From: an uncultured Phycisphaera sp.
GTDB lineage: Bacteria > Planctomycetota > Phycisphaerae > UBA1845
Assembly: GCA_964646605.1 (NCBI GenBank)
Contig: CAZYEX010000053.1
Location: 14,929-78,928 of the forward strand
Direction: 5' to 3'
DNA: 64,000 bases
Within the stretch, counting starts at the first letter, position 1. Each line of letters starts with the position of its first letter. The notes beneath the pieces are model-generated. The model searched no databases and was not told the origin of the DNA. It saw nothing but the letters and a program-made list of their open reading frames with translations. The position numbers were made by a program, and so were the translations under genes. This document shows, in pieces, positions 17,615 through 25,809 of this stretch.

Positions 17615-19285
17615 ATGAGAGGCAATCGAGTACAAGCCGCGACGGTTGTTCTGCTTTGGACGACGGGGATGGTCCTGGCCGCACCGCCGGGTACCGCGTT
17701 CACCTACCAAGGGCAACTCAAGCGAGACGGCGTGCCGCCGAGCGACACCGTACCGATGGGGTTTTCACTGTGGAACGCTGAGGCAAACGGGGCGAAAGTC
17801 GCGCCGGATATCAACGACGACAGCGTCGAAGTCGTGAACGGCCTGTTTGCCGTGCGGCTCGACTTCGGAGCATCCGCGTTCACCGGTGAGGGACGTTGGC
17901 TGGAGATCGCCGTCGACGGAACGCCGCTATCGCCCCGCCAACCGCTCACGCCGACGCCGTATGCGCTGCACGCGCTAAACGTCCCGGCGCCGTCAAACTG
18001 GTTGAACGACGGCGACCACGTGGTCCTGCCCACGGGCAACGTCGGCATCGGCACGAATCAACCCACGGCCATGCTTCACTTGCAGCGGCCCTACGCGTCC
18101 ACCGCGATGCGATTCCAAAGCCTACGGTTCGATCAGGGCGCGCCGGCGTCGTTGGTGCGAGCGCCCAATTCTGCGGCGAATTCGGGCATCGGTGCAACAT
18201 GGAGCAACCCCGGCAATGCCCTTTCGACCAACGACGCGTGGGCGACGACCGACCTTTCGGAAGTCGTCGGAACGCCGGATGCCGATCAGTCGGGCTTCTT
18301 GGACCTGTCCGCGGCCGCCTTTTCGATCCCTGCGGCCGGACAGGTCACCGGGATTACCGTACAGATCGAGGGCCATGCCGCCGCCGGTTGCTCCGACTGC
18401 GAAACGGCTGCGGTGGTCGTGTCGGCGGAACTACTGGGCGGGTCGGCGCCGTCCTCCACGCGGTCCGTGGAGTTCGGCCCGTCCGACGCCGTCTTCGCCA
18501 CGGGCGGGAGCGTCGATCCCTGGGGGCTCGACTGGACCCCCGCACAGGTCAACAGCGCCGGCTTCGGTGTGCGCCTCTCTGCAAATCTGGTCGTGGGAGA
18601 GCTGCTCTGCGTCTTTGGCAGTTGCGGCATTATTCCTTGCGACTGCACGGGCACGGGGACGAGCTTCGTTGATGCCGTCACGATTACGGTCTTCTACTTC
18701 GAAGCCCCGTCAACGAGCACGCCGGTGCATTGGAGCTTGGGCGTCTCGCAGGAAGACGCCAACTTCCGCATCGCGGCCACGCCCGATCTCAGCTCCCCCA
18801 TCTTTGTCGTGACTCCGCAGGGGAGCCTGGGGATCGGTACTACGGAATTTCTCAATGGGTTCTTCAAGCTGGCCGTCAACGGCCCCGCCGCCAAACCCAA
18901 CGGTGGGCAGTGGTCGGCCTTGTCCGATGCCCGCGTGAAACGCAACGTCGAACCGCTCCACGGCGCGCTGGAGCGAATGCTGTCGCTTCGCGGGGTCACC
19001 TTCGAGTTCACCGAGGAGGGATTGCGCACGGGTCTGGCCACCCCAGGCCGGAAGGTCGGCCTCATCGCCCAGGAGGTCGAAGCGGTCCTTCCCGACTGGG
19101 TCGATGAAACACCGTCCGGCTACAAGTTCGTGACCGAATATGGCACGACGGCGCTCCTCGTCGAGGCCCTGCGCGAACTTCGCGCGGAGAAAAACGGGGA
19201 AATCACCGAACTGAGACATCGCCTGGAGCGGCTTGAGGCGATGCTTGAACGAGTCAATTCGAAGGGAGAAGGAGAAAGACCATGA
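17615..19285 (+). CDS. Secreted fibre-like protein 2 with Peptidase_S74-type intramolecular chaperone
   Basis: Signal peptide, FTYQGQLK module, GNVGIGT, passenger WSNPGNAL...FSIPAAGQVTGITVQIEG...WGLDWTPAQVNSAGFGV, tail WSALSDARVKRN...LRGVTF...GLIAQEVEAVLPDWV...LLVEALREL. Confidence 0.85.
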   Translation: MRGNRVQAATVVLLWTTGMVLAAPPGTAFTYQGQLKRDGVPPSDTVPMGFSLWNAEANGAKVAPDINDDSVEVVNGLFAVRLDFGASAFTGEGRWLEIAVDGTPLSPRQPLTPTPYALHALNVPAPSNWLNDGDHVVLPTGNVGIGTNQPTAMLHLQRPYASTAMRFQSLRFDQGAPASLVRAPNSAANSGIGATWSNPGNALSTNDAWATTDLSEVVGTPDADQSGFLDLSAAAFSIPAAGQVTGITVQIEGHAAAGCSDCETAAVVVSAELLGGSAPSSTRSVEFGPSDAVFATGGSVDPWGLDWTPAQVNSAGFGVRLSANLVVGELLCVFGSCGIIPCDCTGTGTSFVDAVTITVFYFEAPSTSTPVHWSLGVSQEDANFRIAATPDLSSPIFVVTPQGSLGIGTTEFLNGFFKLAVNGPAAKPNGGQWSALSDARVKRNVEPLHGALERMLSLRGVTFEFTEEGLRTGLATPGRKVGLIAQEVEAVLPDWVDETPSGYKFVTEYGTTALLVEALRELRAEKNGEITELRHRLERLEAMLERVNSKGEGERP

Positions 19286-19539
19286 GAACAAAAGTATTTC
19301 GGGGGGCCATGGTCGCGGTGGGGTGCGCGTTGGTTTCGACGACCGTCGAGGCCGGTTCGCCGGTCGGCAGCGCTTTCACCTATCAGGGGCAGCTCAAGGA
19401 AAACGGCGCCCCGTCGAACGGGGACTTCGATTTCCGATTCACGCTCTCTTCGCCGGACGCCACCTTGAACATCGTGCCGTTCGACGGTTTCAGCGAGGAT
19501 CCCACAATCCGGATAGACCGGCTTTTTTTGGAGAAATGA
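19282..19539 (+). pseudogene. Truncated fibre-like paralogue 3 (signal peptide plus first half of the FTYQG module)
   Basis: SAFTYQGQLKENGAPSNGDFDFRFTL, then similarity is lost and the ORF stops at 85 aa; ATGA overlaps on both sides. Confidence 0.65.
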
Positions 19540-20762
19540 TGATGAACAGACCCTCGAGCGTCGTTTGGATTTGCATGGTTGCACTCCTGGTCGTGATTCA
19601 CTGGAACCCACAGTCGGCACACGGCGCCGGCGCTTGTTGCCTTGACAACGATGCATGCAGCGATACGTCGGGTTCAACCTGCATCATCGGCCTGGGCGGT
19701 GTCTTCGCAGGAGAAGGTACGAGCTGCTCAACGGAGGGTGTTTGTTACGGGGCATGCTGCGACTGTGAATTTGGATGTTACGACTATTCTGAATTGGGAT
19801 GTTACAGTGCGGGCTCTATCTTTGCACTGTTCGTCGGCCCCAGATCAAGCTGCGCGTCCGATCCTTGCACGGGCGCCTGCTGTCAGAGCGACGGCTCATG
19901 CACGGTGGGGCCGTTTTGCTCATGTTCCCCACTAGAGTTTCAAGGGCTTGGCTCCTCTTGCGCTACAGGCGTTTGCGGCTGGGCGTGTTGTCTGGCGAAC
20001 GGGTCGTGTGGACAGACGAATCCGTCCGTTTGTACGAACAACCACGGGGACTACCAGGGCGACGGCGTCTCGTGCGCCGGGCTTGACTGCACCGGGGCCT
20101 GCTGCGGCGCTGGGGCCGTCTGCACCAACACCAACGAAGTTGCGTGCGCGGGTGAGTTTCGCGGCTACGGAACGCGCTGCGACACGGAGGTATGCGGAGG
20201 AGCTTGTTGTTTCGCCAATGGAACCTGCGATCTGGACATCCAAAGCTCGTGTCGCTCTCGCGGGGGTGTCTCCCGGGCCAACTGGTCGGACTGCACGGTG
20301 TGTCCTCGACCTCTGACCGCCTTCACATACCACGGTCAACTTAAGAGCGGCGGTGTTCCCGTCAACGGACCGGTCGATTTCCAGTTTACACTCTGGGACG
20401 ACGAGGCGGATGGTCACCAAAGGGGGGCGTCGCTCCCCCGGGGCGACGTCGACGTCAGGAATGGGCTGTTCACACTCGAACTCGACTTCGGACCCGGGGC
20501 CTTCGACTGGACAACACAATGGCTCCAGATCGAGGTATGTCAGGGAACCTGGGCCCAACAGACCGACTTCACGACGCTAACTCCACGGCAACATCTAACG
20601 GCCGTGCCCTTTGCCTTGCAACTCGTCGGCGTCGCGCCGGATGAGTATGAAGCTCCGGATGCGCCCGGAACGGCCCACCCCGATCCGGAAATCGCGGAAC
20701 TCATGCATCGAGTTTCGAGAATGGAGGCACTCCTGGAGCGTTACGCCAAGGAACGGGAATGA
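19536..20762 (+). CDS. Secreted Cys-rich repeat protein carrying a C-terminal FTYHG module (paralogue 4)
   Basis: Signal peptide, six xACC..xxC repeats, AFTYHGQLK...NGLFTLELDFG...PRQHLTAVPFAL, then EIAELMHRVSRMEALLER; ATG19536 preferred over 19233. Confidence 0.75.
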   Translation: MMMNRPSSVVWICMVALLVVIHWNPQSAHGAGACCLDNDACSDTSGSTCIIGLGGVFAGEGTSCSTEGVCYGACCDCEFGCYDYSELGCYSAGSIFALFVGPRSSCASDPCTGACCQSDGSCTVGPFCSCSPLEFQGLGSSCATGVCGWACCLANGSCGQTNPSVCTNNHGDYQGDGVSCAGLDCTGACCGAGAVCTNTNEVACAGEFRGYGTRCDTEVCGGACCFANGTCDLDIQSSCRSRGGVSRANWSDCTVCPRPLTAFTYHGQLKSGGVPVNGPVDFQFTLWDDEADGHQRGASLPRGDVDVRNGLFTLELDFGPGAFDWTTQWLQIEVCQGTWAQQTDFTTLTPRQHLTAVPFALQLVGVAPDEYEAPDAPGTAHPDPEIAELMHRVSRMEALLERYAKERE

Positions 20763-20849
20763 GAGTTGATAAAGCACGGATCTTGGTTACGGGCCTCGGG
20801 CGCCAAACTGGCGCAACGTTGATGCCATCGGACCTTCCGCGGGTTGGGC

Positions 20850-20878
20850 TTCCCCGTTGCGGGCGAAACCGGTACAAT
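20850..20878 (+). promoter_or_regulatory. Candidate sigma70 promoter of fibre gene 5 and the protease
   Basis: TTCCCC-N17-TACAAT; same CGGTAYAATC context as 16230-16239. Confidence 0.45.
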
Positions 20879-20991
20879 CGCCGACCGGGGGCTCGCGGCC
20901 GAACGGGACCGGGCCCGGGGGGCGATCACGGCGGCGGGGGATCCACATGACGGTTCTTTCACATTGGGTGTTACGACGAAGGGGACGACGA

Positions 20992-22497
20992 ATGAGAACT
21001 GCGAGGACGTTGGGATTGGGCGGCGCGGCTGCCTTTCTCGTATGCGCGAGCGGCGCGTGGGCGGGGGTGACGATCGGAACGGCGATCACGTACCAGGGTC
21101 AGCTTAAGCTGGGCGGCGTTCCCGTCGACGGCTCGGCCGACCTCAAGTTCAGTCTCTGGCAGCACGTCTCGGACCCCGATCTGGCGGATCAAATCGGCTC
21201 GACGTTGACCAAGACCAACGTTCCCGTCGACAACGGGTTGTTTACCGTCGATCTGGACTACGGCGCCAACGCCTTCAACGGCTTCGACCGCTGGGTGCAA
21301 GTCGAGGTGCGCAGTCCGCACGATCCGTTGAACCTCGCTCCCTTCACCACGTTGGCTTCGCGTCAGCCGGTCAGCCCGGCCCCCTATGCCATCAAAGCCT
21401 TCTCCGCCGTCGGAGTGGATGGACATTCGCTGGACGCCGCCGACGGCGCGCCCCTCGACGCCGTGTCGGTCAACAACGACGGCAGCGTCAGCATCGACTT
21501 CCGACTGATCTTCAGTGCCGGAACCACGCCGCTGATCACCGCCGGTCACGACAACAACGCCGCCCGTCCCAAACGGATGTGGATTGCGCACGGAGAGTTG
21601 AACCCCGCGTGGGGCATCCAATACCGCGATCTAGCCTCCGACGGACTGAGCGCCGACGCTATCGAGTTCGTGGCCGGCGACACGACCGTACCGCGGTTCC
21701 GCTTTGACCTCCCCGGTCGCGCGCTGACCCTTCACGACTCCGTCGGTAACACGACCGTCAATCTTTTAGGACAGGCGGGCGGGGGCGGCGGCGGACTGGT
21801 TCTAGCCAACAGCAACGAGATCAGCACGATCGAGTTGGACGCCGACGAAACGGATTCCCCGGCGATTCGCCTTCGAAACGCGACCGGCACACAAGAACGT
21901 GTCTATCTGGCGGCTTCGGAGGGCGCCGAAGGGGCGGAAATGCACCTTCGCAACGCCGCCGGCGTTACCACCATTCAACTGGACGCGGATGTCGGGGGGA
22001 CCGGTGACGGGCGCGTGGTTACCAGCGAATTGCAGGTCACCGGCGGCAGCGACCTTTCCGAACAGTTCGAGATCAATGCCGGCGACCACGCAACACAACA
22101 ACCCAGCGACGACGCAGCCGCGGTAAAACCGGGAATGGTCGTGTCGATCGACCCGCACAATCCCGGTGAACTCATCGTCAGCAGCGCCGCCTACGACCGT
22201 ACCGTCGCGGGCATCGTCAGCGGCGCGGGCGGCGTCAAGCCCGGCATGTTGATGGGTCAGGCCGGAACACTCGCCGACGGGAAACACCCCGTAGCCTTGA
22301 CCGGGCGGGTGTATTGCTGGTGCGACGCCTCCAGCGGAGTCATCCGACCCGGCGATCTCCTAACCACCTCCGATCGTCCCGGGCACGCCATGAAAGTGAC
22401 CGACCCGTCGCGGGCTCACGGGGCGATCATCGGAAAGGCCATGACCGCGCTCGACGAGGGTCAAGGCCTGGTGCTGGTTCTCGTTTCGTTGCAGTAG
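20992..22497 (+). CDS. Secreted fibre-like protein 5 with a second type of C-terminal chaperone-like domain
   Basis: Signal peptide, ITYQGQLK module, low-complexity beta repeats, tail GGSDLSEQF...PGMVVSID...VAGIVSGAGG...PVALTGRVYCWCDA...PGDLLTTS...GHAMK...IIGKAM...LVLVLVSLQ. Confidence 0.8.
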   Translation: MRTARTLGLGGAAAFLVCASGAWAGVTIGTAITYQGQLKLGGVPVDGSADLKFSLWQHVSDPDLADQIGSTLTKTNVPVDNGLFTVDLDYGANAFNGFDRWVQVEVRSPHDPLNLAPFTTLASRQPVSPAPYAIKAFSAVGVDGHSLDAADGAPLDAVSVNNDGSVSIDFRLIFSAGTTPLITAGHDNNAARPKRMWIAHGELNPAWGIQYRDLASDGLSADAIEFVAGDTTVPRFRFDLPGRALTLHDSVGNTTVNLLGQAGGGGGGLVLANSNEISTIELDADETDSPAIRLRNATGTQERVYLAASEGAEGAEMHLRNAAGVTTIQLDADVGGTGDGRVVTSELQVTGGSDLSEQFEINAGDHATQQPSDDAAAVKPGMVVSIDPHNPGELIVSSAAYDRTVAGIVSGAGGVKPGMLMGQAGTLADGKHPVALTGRVYCWCDASSGVIRPGDLLTTSDRPGHAMKVTDPSRAHGAIIGKAMTALDEGQGLVLVLVSLQ

Positions 22498-22516
22498 GCT
22501 CGTTCGCAAGGAGATC

Positions 22517-23917
22517 ATGACCATGAAACCACGCACACAGAGGATCGTCGGATGGCTCGCCGCACTGAGTCTCGGCCCGGCGCTCAGCGCCGCTCCGCCG
22601 ATGCCGCCGCGGCATGTGCAGCCATACCCGTTGCACACCGGAATTCACGCCCTCTCCACGGATGCGGCGGCGACGGCCAATGTCTATCAGGACGTCGTTA
22701 CCTCGCCGGGCGCGATATGGATGCGCCTGCACTTCGCGGATCACAACCTCGGCCGCGAAAGCTACATCACCATCACCTCGTCGCTCGACGGAGATCACCA
22801 GCGGCTGGATACACGCTCCATGGCGCCATGGGGCAACGCCTCGGCGTTCTTCAAGGGCGACACCGTGGAAATCGAACTGCACGTCGCCCCGGGCGACTCC
22901 GGCGTATTCGTCGAACTCGACTGGATCGTGGTCGGCGATCCCGTCGCTGACGGCGGAGTAGCCACGATCTGTGACTCCGGCGACGAACGCGCTTTGTCCT
23001 CCGACAGTCGCGTCGGGCGTTTGTACTTCGGCGGCTGCACGGCCTGGCTGGTTTCCAACGGCGCCGTGCTCACGGCCGGTCATTGCGTCGATTTCGACCC
23101 CGACGAAACCAACAACGGTTGCGGACCCCTATTGCCCAACGGAATCCTCGACCTCAACGGAGTCGTCGAATTCAACATCCCCCTTTCCACCGCCGGCGGC
23201 AACACCAATCCCGCCGCAGTCGCCGACCAATACCCCATCAACGTCCCCAGCACGGTCTGGAACTTCGACGGATGCGGACAGGGACTGGGCAAGGATTACG
23301 CGGTTTTTTCCGTCAATGCCAACACCACGACCGGCCTGACCGCCCACGACGCCCAGGGGTTCTTCCGCATGACTCGCGAGGTCCCCGCCATCGACGCGAC
23401 CGTCCGCACCACCGGCTGCGGCTCCGACAGCGGCACCCGCAACTTCGTGCAGCAGACCGACACCGGCACCTACGAAGGCGAATCGACAAGCGGTGCCAAC
23501 TTATGGCACAGTTACCGCGTGGACACCACCGGCGGCACCTCCGGAAGCCCCATCATCTGGGAAGCCAACGGTTTGACCCTCGGCATCCACACCAACGCCG
23601 GATGCACCTCCACGGGCGGGGCCAACAGCGGAACGTCCTTCGAACACTCGCCCGTGGAAACCGCCCTGGAGAACTTCCCGGGCGCCAACACGGTCTACGT
23701 CGATCGCGGACATCCCCTGCCCGTCGCCGAGGCGGGCACGATCTTCCGCCCCTACAACACCCTCCCCGAAGGCATCGCTGCCGTCCTCGACGGCGGAATC
23801 CTTAGCGTGGTCGAGGGCAACTATCCGGCCTCCGAGGGAAACACTTTCCTCATCGGCGACGACGGACGGGCCATGTGGATCCGCGCTCCGGTGGGGACCG
23901 TTACCATTGGGGACTAA
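22517..23917 (+). CDS. Secreted trypsin-like (S1) serine protease with lysyl-endopeptidase-like prodomain
   Basis: Signal peptide, WMRLHF prodomain, LTAGHC (His), KDYA (Asp), DTTGGTSGSP (Ser). Confidence 0.88.
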   Translation: MTMKPRTQRIVGWLAALSLGPALSAAPPMPPRHVQPYPLHTGIHALSTDAAATANVYQDVVTSPGAIWMRLHFADHNLGRESYITITSSLDGDHQRLDTRSMAPWGNASAFFKGDTVEIELHVAPGDSGVFVELDWIVVGDPVADGGVATICDSGDERALSSDSRVGRLYFGGCTAWLVSNGAVLTAGHCVDFDPDETNNGCGPLLPNGILDLNGVVEFNIPLSTAGGNTNPAAVADQYPINVPSTVWNFDGCGQGLGKDYAVFSVNANTTTGLTAHDAQGFFRMTREVPAIDATVRTTGCGSDSGTRNFVQQTDTGTYEGESTSGANLWHSYRVDTTGGTSGSPIIWEANGLTLGIHTNAGCTSTGGANSGTSFEHSPVETALENFPGANTVYVDRGHPLPVAEAGTIFRPYNTLPEGIAAVLDGGILSVVEGNYPASEGNTFLIGDDGRAMWIRAPVGTVTIGD

Positions 23918-24025
23918 GACGCGCTCGAATGCAGTGCCATTAACATGGCACCTTCCCGGGCGAGACGGGAAAGATTCGGCGCAGAGTGGGTTGCCACACA
24001 CCCTTGGAGAGATGCGGCCCTACGT

Positions 24026-25300
24026 TTAGACGGTCTGTTTTTCTTGGGGCGAGACGAGCTTGAGAAGCAGCCGGGTGATGCGCCGCGGTTCGGCGGTGAG
24101 GACCTGGATGCCCACGTTGTCGTGCTCGCAGAACTCCCCGGCCTTGGGAATTTTCCCCAGCGTGCTGAAGACGAACCCGCCGATGGTTTCGTAGTCGCGG
24201 TTGTCGGGCAGACCCAGGTGCAGTTGGTCGTTCAGGTCGTCGATGCGCATGCGGGCGTCCACTTCGTAGGTGTGTTCGTCGATGCGCTTGAGTTCCGCGG
24301 GTTCCGCCGGCTCGTACTCGTCGCCGATCTCCCCCACCAATTCCTCGAGAATGTCCTCGATGGTGACCAGACCCGCGGTTCCTCCGTACTCGTCGAGGAC
24401 GACGGCCATGTGTACCTTCTCCCGTTGAAAATCTCGAAGAAGGTCGCCGACCAGTTTCGACTCGGGGATGAACACCGCTTTGCGCATGATATCGCGCGGA
24501 TCGAAGGGACCGCCTACCGCTCGTCCGAGGAGGTCCTTGGCGTAGAGGATGCCCAGGATCGTGTCGATGGTGCCGTCGTAGACGGGGATGCGCGAGTGGC
24601 CTTGGATGCGGATCAGTTCGAAAATGGACGACAACTCCACGTCGGCGGGCACGGCCACGATCTCGGTCCGCGGGGTCATGATCTCGACCACCCGCTGTTC
24701 GCCAAGTTCCATGACCGACTCGATCATCTCCTTTTCCTGCTCATCGACGGCCCCGTGCAACTCTCCCTCGCTGACCACGTCGAGGATTTCCTGCTCGAGT
24801 TCGTCGGCCAGCGTCTTGGGATCGCGGATCGGAGCACCGATCAGGCGTCGAACCAGGGGATCGAAGAGCTGCAGAAAAACGATGAGCGGGTAGCAGACCC
24901 ATCGCAGCACTTCGAGCAAGGGCAGAAAGCGGATGACCAGCCAATCGCTGGAATACTCGGCCCAGGCGTAGGGGATGGCCACGCCGAAGATCAGAAGAAA
25001 GGTCCAGGCGACCACGCACCCGGCGGCAATGCGACGAAAGTCGTCGGGAGTCTGACGGGTCTCAAAGTAGTACAACACCGTGACGAAGAGGACGAGCACG
25101 GCCGCGGAGCGCAGCGCCGCCGTCACCAGCAGATACTGCCCGCGGCAGGCGAGAAACCGGTCGAAGGCCGCGGCGCGCCCGCGACGCTCGAACCACTCCG
25201 CAAGCCGACCCTTGGCCGGGGAGCGAAGAGCAAGGTTGAGCGTCGAAAAGAGCGACAGCGACGCCAAACCGATCAACCCCAGCCACAGCACCCAGTTCAT
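24026..25300 (-). CDS. Hemolysin/CorC family protein (CNNM + 2 CBS + CorC_HlyC)
   Basis: TM region, IMTPRTEIVAV, GHSRIPVY, HMAVVLDEYGGTAGLVTIEDILEELVGEIGDEY, YETIGGFV. Confidence 0.93.
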   Translation of the reverse strand: MNWVLWLGLIGLASLSLFSTLNLALRSPAKGRLAEWFERRGRAAAFDRFLACRGQYLLVTAALRSAAVLVLFVTVLYYFETRQTPDDFRRIAAGCVVAWTFLLIFGVAIPYAWAEYSSDWLVIRFLPLLEVLRWVCYPLIVFLQLFDPLVRRLIGAPIRDPKTLADELEQEILDVVSEGELHGAVDEQEKEMIESVMELGEQRVVEIMTPRTEIVAVPADVELSSIFELIRIQGHSRIPVYDGTIDTILGILYAKDLLGRAVGGPFDPRDIMRKAVFIPESKLVGDLLRDFQREKVHMAVVLDEYGGTAGLVTIEDILEELVGEIGDEYEPAEPAELKRIDEHTYEVDARMRIDDLNDQLHLGLPDNRDYETIGGFVFSTLGKIPKAGEFCEHDNVGIQVLTAEPRRITRLLLKLVSPQEKQTV

Positions 25301-25809
25301 GATCGCCTCGCGCGGGTGGACGGCCGCGGAGCGGTTCCACCAAAAACCGCGCCGATCCCCAAGGAGCCGAGGATTTCATCCTCGAGGCGGTGCATACGGG
25401 CCGCGCCGCGCGCCGTCCGATCGTCGTGGCCCAGGAGGTGCAGCAACCCGTGTACGGCATACAAAGCCAATTCCGCGTCCACGGCGTGACCTCGTCGTTT
25501 CGCCTCGCGCGCCGCGGTGTCCACGGAGAGAACGATCTCCCCGTCCACGCGGTGGGCGCCTTCGCTTCCGTTCAGATCGAAGCTCAACACGTCGGTGGGT
25601 CCGCGGCGTCCCAGGAACGTGCGATGGAGGTCGGCCATGGTCGCGTCGTCCACCAGGGCGACGCTCAGGCAGGCGCGTTTCACTCCGTGCAACCGTAGGG
25701 TGGCCCCGATCGCTCGGCGGATGGGCGCAACCCGACCGGCCTTGACTCGGTCGAGTGTGGTAATGGCGATGGAGTCGACCGCGGTGCGACCTGATCCACG
25801 GAGTTTCAT
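25297..25809 (-). CDS. ybeY: rRNA maturation endoribonuclease YbeY
   Basis: PTDVLSF, GEIVLSVDTA, LYAVHGLLHLLGHDD; ATGA overlaps with both neighbours. Confidence 0.92.
   Translation of the reverse strand: MKLRGSGRTAVDSIAITTLDRVKAGRVAPIRRAIGATLRLHGVKRACLSVALVDDATMADLHRTFLGRRGPTDVLSFDLNGSEGAHRVDGEIVLSVDTAAREAKRRGHAVDAELALYAVHGLLHLLGHDDRTARGAARMHRLEDEILGSLGIGAVFGGTAPRPSTRARRS

Noticed and set aside
19523-19529. Programmed frameshift at T7 fusing paralogues 3 and 4
   Set aside because: Paralogue 4 has its own ATG and signal peptide, and paralogue 3 has already lost similarity well before the T-run
16395-22497. Prophage tail module
   Set aside because: Fibre-like domains are present, but the genes carry signal peptides and no capsid, terminase, integrase, baseplate or lysis genes flank them
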